DNA of 64,000 nucleotides from a virus. The first letter of the stretch is position 1; every line of letters starts with the position of its first letter. A program made the position numbers and the translations under genes. Of the stretch, positions 61,031 to 64,000 are shown piece by piece. The notes beneath the pieces were generated by a model. The model was not told the DNA's origin. It searched no databases and saw only the letters and a list, made by a program, of their open reading frames with translations. The DNA is taken from IMG/VR virus record IMGVR_UViG_3300025949_000022, positions 11,104-75,103 of that record. The stretch is one strand, 5' to 3'.

Positions 61031-61704
61031 TATTCAAAGCTTAATAGCCACTCGTCCTTTTCCTCTGCGGTTATCTGGCCGGCTGCATAGGCTTTAAGGA
61101 CGTTAATTTTAGAAGTTAGGTCAATCGTTGGAAGTTGTGTTTTTGCAGGAGTATGAGCATCTGAAAGTTCCTCGCTTGATTGCATGCCCATTAATAATTC
61201 AGGCTTATGTAAACGCCCGAAGAACGCAGCGGCCCTGTACTGTATCATAAGTTCAGGCATTGTTTTCCACTTGCTCCCTGGTTTGCTTACCCATCCTTCA
61301 GCTATTGCCATTTCCATTGTTACGGTCGGCCCTTTTATTTCTTCGCCTGTGGCTATCTCTTTAGCAAAGGCAAAGCAAGCTAATGTTTCACCGCTCCCAG
61401 TAATAGAGAAGTTAAGTTTTGAGAAGTCACCGCATTTATTTATCGCGGCAATTATGAAGCTACTGCCCCAGCTTGGCTTGCCCTGAATAACATTTAAGTT
61501 CTGCATAACCATTAACGGGCTTGCGCCGATACGATTAGCCATTTCTAAGGCTATCATAGTATTTTGAATGTTGTTTTTGTAGACCTGCGGTATAAGGTCG
61601 GACGAGGATAGCATTTTAGCCACCCTTTGCGCGTGTTCAAACGACTGCAAAGAGAATGCGCTGTCGCTCGGTATTTGGTTTTGTGTTTGTAATTCTGTGC
61701 TCAT
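61030..61704 (-). CDS. RecT-like single-strand annealing protein
   Basis: LIP..Y......IALEMA.R.G..PL.VMQ....I.GKP, SKW..MP..M..YRA; paired with exonuclease. Confidence 0.75.
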   Translation of the reverse strand: MSTELQTQNQIPSDSAFSLQSFEHAQRVAKMLSSSDLIPQVYKNNIQNTMIALEMANRIGASPLMVMQNLNVIQGKPSWGSSFIIAAINKCGDFSKLNFSITGSGETLACFAFAKEIATGEEIKGPTVTMEMAIAEGWVSKPGSKWKTMPELMIQYRAAAFFGRLHKPELLMGMQSSEELSDAHTPAKTQLPTIDLTSKINVLKAYAAGQITAEEKDEWLLSFE

Positions 61705-62160
61705 TTTAATTGATTTTGTTATAGTAAAAAATGCGTTTTAGGTCGATTAATTGCTGAACATCTTTTAACCGCCAGTTCATAAGAAATGCGGCTGGACTTG
61801 TTCGCTTCCAGTGTTCGCACCAAACAGACTTCCCTTCTTTATGTAGTTTTATTATTTCGGATAAATCTGTGATCGGGTCGCCTTTCATATTGTTGATTAT
61901 TAGTGTATAAGTTAGCTAAAATTAGCCGTAAATCAAAGCTAAAACGCTGATTTTTAAGCAAATAATTTGAATAATCCGCGCTTTGGTTTTGGCCTTGTAG
62001 CGTTCCAAACTGCTTGCTCTGAAAGAAGCTGATAAAACCTTTGTCGGGCTATATCTCGCTCCGTTATGTCCATTGTGCCATCCACCATTCTTATTGGCTG
62101 CGGGCCGGATTGTTGTCTTTTCATTGCGTTACTCATTGGTTATGTTTTTAAATTTATTTG

Positions 62161-62236
62161 AGCCGGGAGCAGGATTCGAACCCGCAACATCCTCATTACA
62201 AGTGAGGCCATCTAATCCAGTTGAATGTATCCCGGC
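62161..62236 (-). tRNA. tRNA-Thr(UGU)
   Basis: Acceptor GCCGGGA/TCCCGGC, anticodon arm CCTCA-CTTGTAA-TGAGG, T arm GCGGG-TTCGAAT-CCTGC; CCA not encoded. Confidence 0.9.
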
Positions 62237-62428
62237 TTTATCCATGTTATTTTCCTTCGCTAAATTCAATTACCTCTGTCGGTATTTTTCTACCGCAAGC
62301 GGATTGCACTTTTAATTGAGTGTTAACCGTCCGTATTATTTCACGGGCTTGAACAGCGATAGCGTCGCCTTTCCCCGGCTCAATGGTGTCTTTTTGCAAG
62401 CCTTGCAAAGTGTCCCATAATGCCGCTT

Positions 62429-62959
62429 TTAAGTTAACTGCGGTAAGTTCTGTAGTAGTCGTAGCCATTGTTTTTTTCTCCTTTTTGATTTATTGTTTGT
62501 ACCTTGAATAGTTCTTAATTCTGATTTGTCGGCGCGTTCGACAAGCACTTTGCCTATCTTCTCAATCAGTATTGCGCATTCAGCAAATTCGCCGTAATTT
62601 TTCTTAGCCCTATGCTGCTGGTCATATTCTATTTTCTTCTTTTTATATTCAGGCTGCCTGCAATATTCTACATGCTTAGGCATCCTTTTTTGATTGTACT
62701 CTCGTTGCTTAATAGGGTCGTATCTTAATTTGTGAGATGCCACCTTTTGAACTTTAAGCTTATCTGCGTTCTTTCTTCGAAACTCCCTGTCGTATTCAGC
62801 TTTCTCTGCTTTCTTTTGCTCTATGGTTTTATTATGTCGCCTGCCAAGCCCGGCGCAAACCCTATTACAATAAATCGGAACGCCAAGCTTATTTGCCCGA
62901 TTGATATAACCAATCCCTACGGTTAATTCCTTTTTACAATAAGGGCAACATTGAGCCAT
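62429..62959 (-). CDS. Zn-finger-containing hypothetical protein
   Basis: CPYC...YCNRVC. Confidence 0.55.
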   Translation of the reverse strand: MAQCCPYCKKELTVGIGYINRANKLGVPIYCNRVCAGLGRRHNKTIEQKKAEKAEYDREFRRKNADKLKVQKVASHKLRYDPIKQREYNQKRMPKHVEYCRQPEYKKKKIEYDQQHRAKKNYGEFAECAILIEKIGKVLVERADKSELRTIQGTNNKSKRRKKQWLRLLQNLPQLT

Positions 62960-63132
62960 TTATTTTTCGATTAAAGGTTTCCAAACAAATCCTGTAAAGG
63001 CATCCCGCCTCTCTTTATAGCCACACCTTTTGCAGTGACGGCGGTGGTTATTTATTGACCGGAAATTGTGACCGAACGTTGCACATATTATTCTTGTGAA
63101 ACGCTGGGCAGTCTTCCAGTTGTCGTTAGTTT

Positions 63133-63507
63133 TCATACGCCGTAATGTGTTTCGTCAAAATGCCCCATAGGAGGTTTTTTATTTTCTTTTTTTGAAGGCT
63201 TGACGTAGCCTATCCTCTTATCAACAAAATCTTTGAAGGCTTTAAAATTGCCCTGTATATATCTAAACACGCGCTTGTTTTTTCGATCAATCGTTTTAGC
63301 ATATTCGTTTACAATTGCGAACCTTTCAGATTCATCTATTATGCCGCGTTGTTTTAAAAAGTTATTTACCATATGCTTATGGTGGTCGGATGATTTTTGA
63401 CCGCCAAACCAGCCCTTAGGGTAAACGGGGTGTCCGGGATTAATGCCCGTATATTCTCCGTTGGCATCCAATATGCCGTCTAACATCATATCTGCTATTT
63501 CTCCCAT
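63133..63507 (-). CDS. Hypothetical phage protein
   Basis: MGEIADMMLDG N-terminus common in phage early genes. Confidence 0.6.
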   Translation of the reverse strand: MGEIADMMLDGILDANGEYTGINPGHPVYPKGWFGGQKSSDHHKHMVNNFLKQRGIIDESERFAIVNEYAKTIDRKNKRVFRYIQGNFKAFKDFVDKRIGYVKPSKKENKKPPMGHFDETHYGV

Positions 63508-63697
63508 GATTACGCCGCTACTAAATTTCCTTTTCTGTCAACGATTCTAAAAGGGTTGCCATTTAGATAGACACTTTTTTTAACCTTGTCTTTTGCCGCT
63601 AATTCCTTAGCCCTGGTTAAAGCCCTTAGTATTTCAATAGTTGAGAAATCACTGCCCTCGACAGTATATACCTCTGATATGTTTCCTGACATTGTTT

Positions 63698-64000
63698 TTA
63701 TGATTTTACTTCTTCAAATTCGTTGTTTGAGTTAAGGCGATATTTAACATTGGCTTTGATGCCGTTTTCGCCGATCAGGGCAACTTTTCGCGCGTAATTT
63801 GAGCCGGTATAATATTCGATTATCAAAACACCTCTGTCACCCGCTGTTGCTGTACCTCTGTAACCCGCTGTTGCTGTACCACTGTCACCCGCTGTTGCTG
63901 TACCTCTGTCACCCGCTGTTGCTGTACCGCTGTCACCCGCTGTTGCTGTACCGCTGTCACCCGCTGTTGCTGTACCGCTGTAACCCGCTGTTGCTGTACC
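63698..64000 (-). CDS. 5'-truncated octapeptide-repeat protein (GTATAG[DY][SR])n
   Basis: Open frame from the window edge: 7 repeats then GVLIIEYYTGSNYARKVALIGENGIKANVKYRLNSNNEFEEVKS*. Confidence 0.85.
   Translation of the reverse strand, partial: GTATAGYSGTATAGDSGTATAGDSGTATAGDRGTATAGDSGTATAGYRGTATAGDRGVLIIEYYTGSNYARKVALIGENGIKANVKYRLNSNNEFEEVKS
63833..64000. repeat. 24-bp tandem repeat, at least 7 copies
   Basis: Unit NCTGT(C/A)ACCCGCTGTTGCTGTACC. Confidence 0.95.

Larger units (their letters stand above)
495..64000. mobile_element. Bacteroidota podovirus-like phage/prophage genome segment (crAss-like structural module, lambda-like replication module); continues past the right edge
   Basis: Contiguous TerL-portal-scaffold-MCP-tail-lysis and replication/recombination genes; no host housekeeping genes; boundaries not resolved. 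Confidence 0.93.

Noticed and set aside
62100-62240. tRNA as attachment site or with a theta ribozyme
   Set aside because: Phage genes flank both sides, no duplicated tRNA 3' end was noticed, and the trailer is A-rich and unstructured
63833-64000. CRISPR array or DGR variable region
   Set aside because: Contiguous in-frame coding repeat without spacers; no cas or reverse transcriptase gene in the window

Overview
The window is one continuous, mostly minus-strand tailed phage or prophage genome segment from a Bacteroidota host. Host evidence: TAnnTTTG/TTTA -7 promoters, A-rich SD-less translation starts, and signal peptides cleaved before Gln. From right to left it contains: (i) a lambda-like recombination and replication module (RecT-like annealase, YqaJ exonuclease, RuvC-like resolvase, beta clamp, initiator with an internal iteron array, Twinkle-like primase-helicase, DNA MTase) and a tRNA-Thr(UGU); (ii) a region of small early genes interleaved with structured RNAs, including a canonical type I hammerhead ribozyme and two related unexplained RNA-like folds; (iii) three glycosyltransferases and two methyltransferases heading the late operon; (iv) a podovirus-type, crAss-like morphogenesis block (GroES-like, TerL, portal, scaffold, MCP, ring proteins, split tail stabilisation protein, ejection/cargo proteins) with no recognisable virion RNA polymerase; (v) tail fibre, SGNH esterase and collagen-like genes, two with Sec signal peptides; (vi) holin-like genes and a CHAP endolysin. 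No integrase, att site, RT or CRISPR array was seen. Product calls rest on motif recognition and gene order only; no database search or folding program was run.
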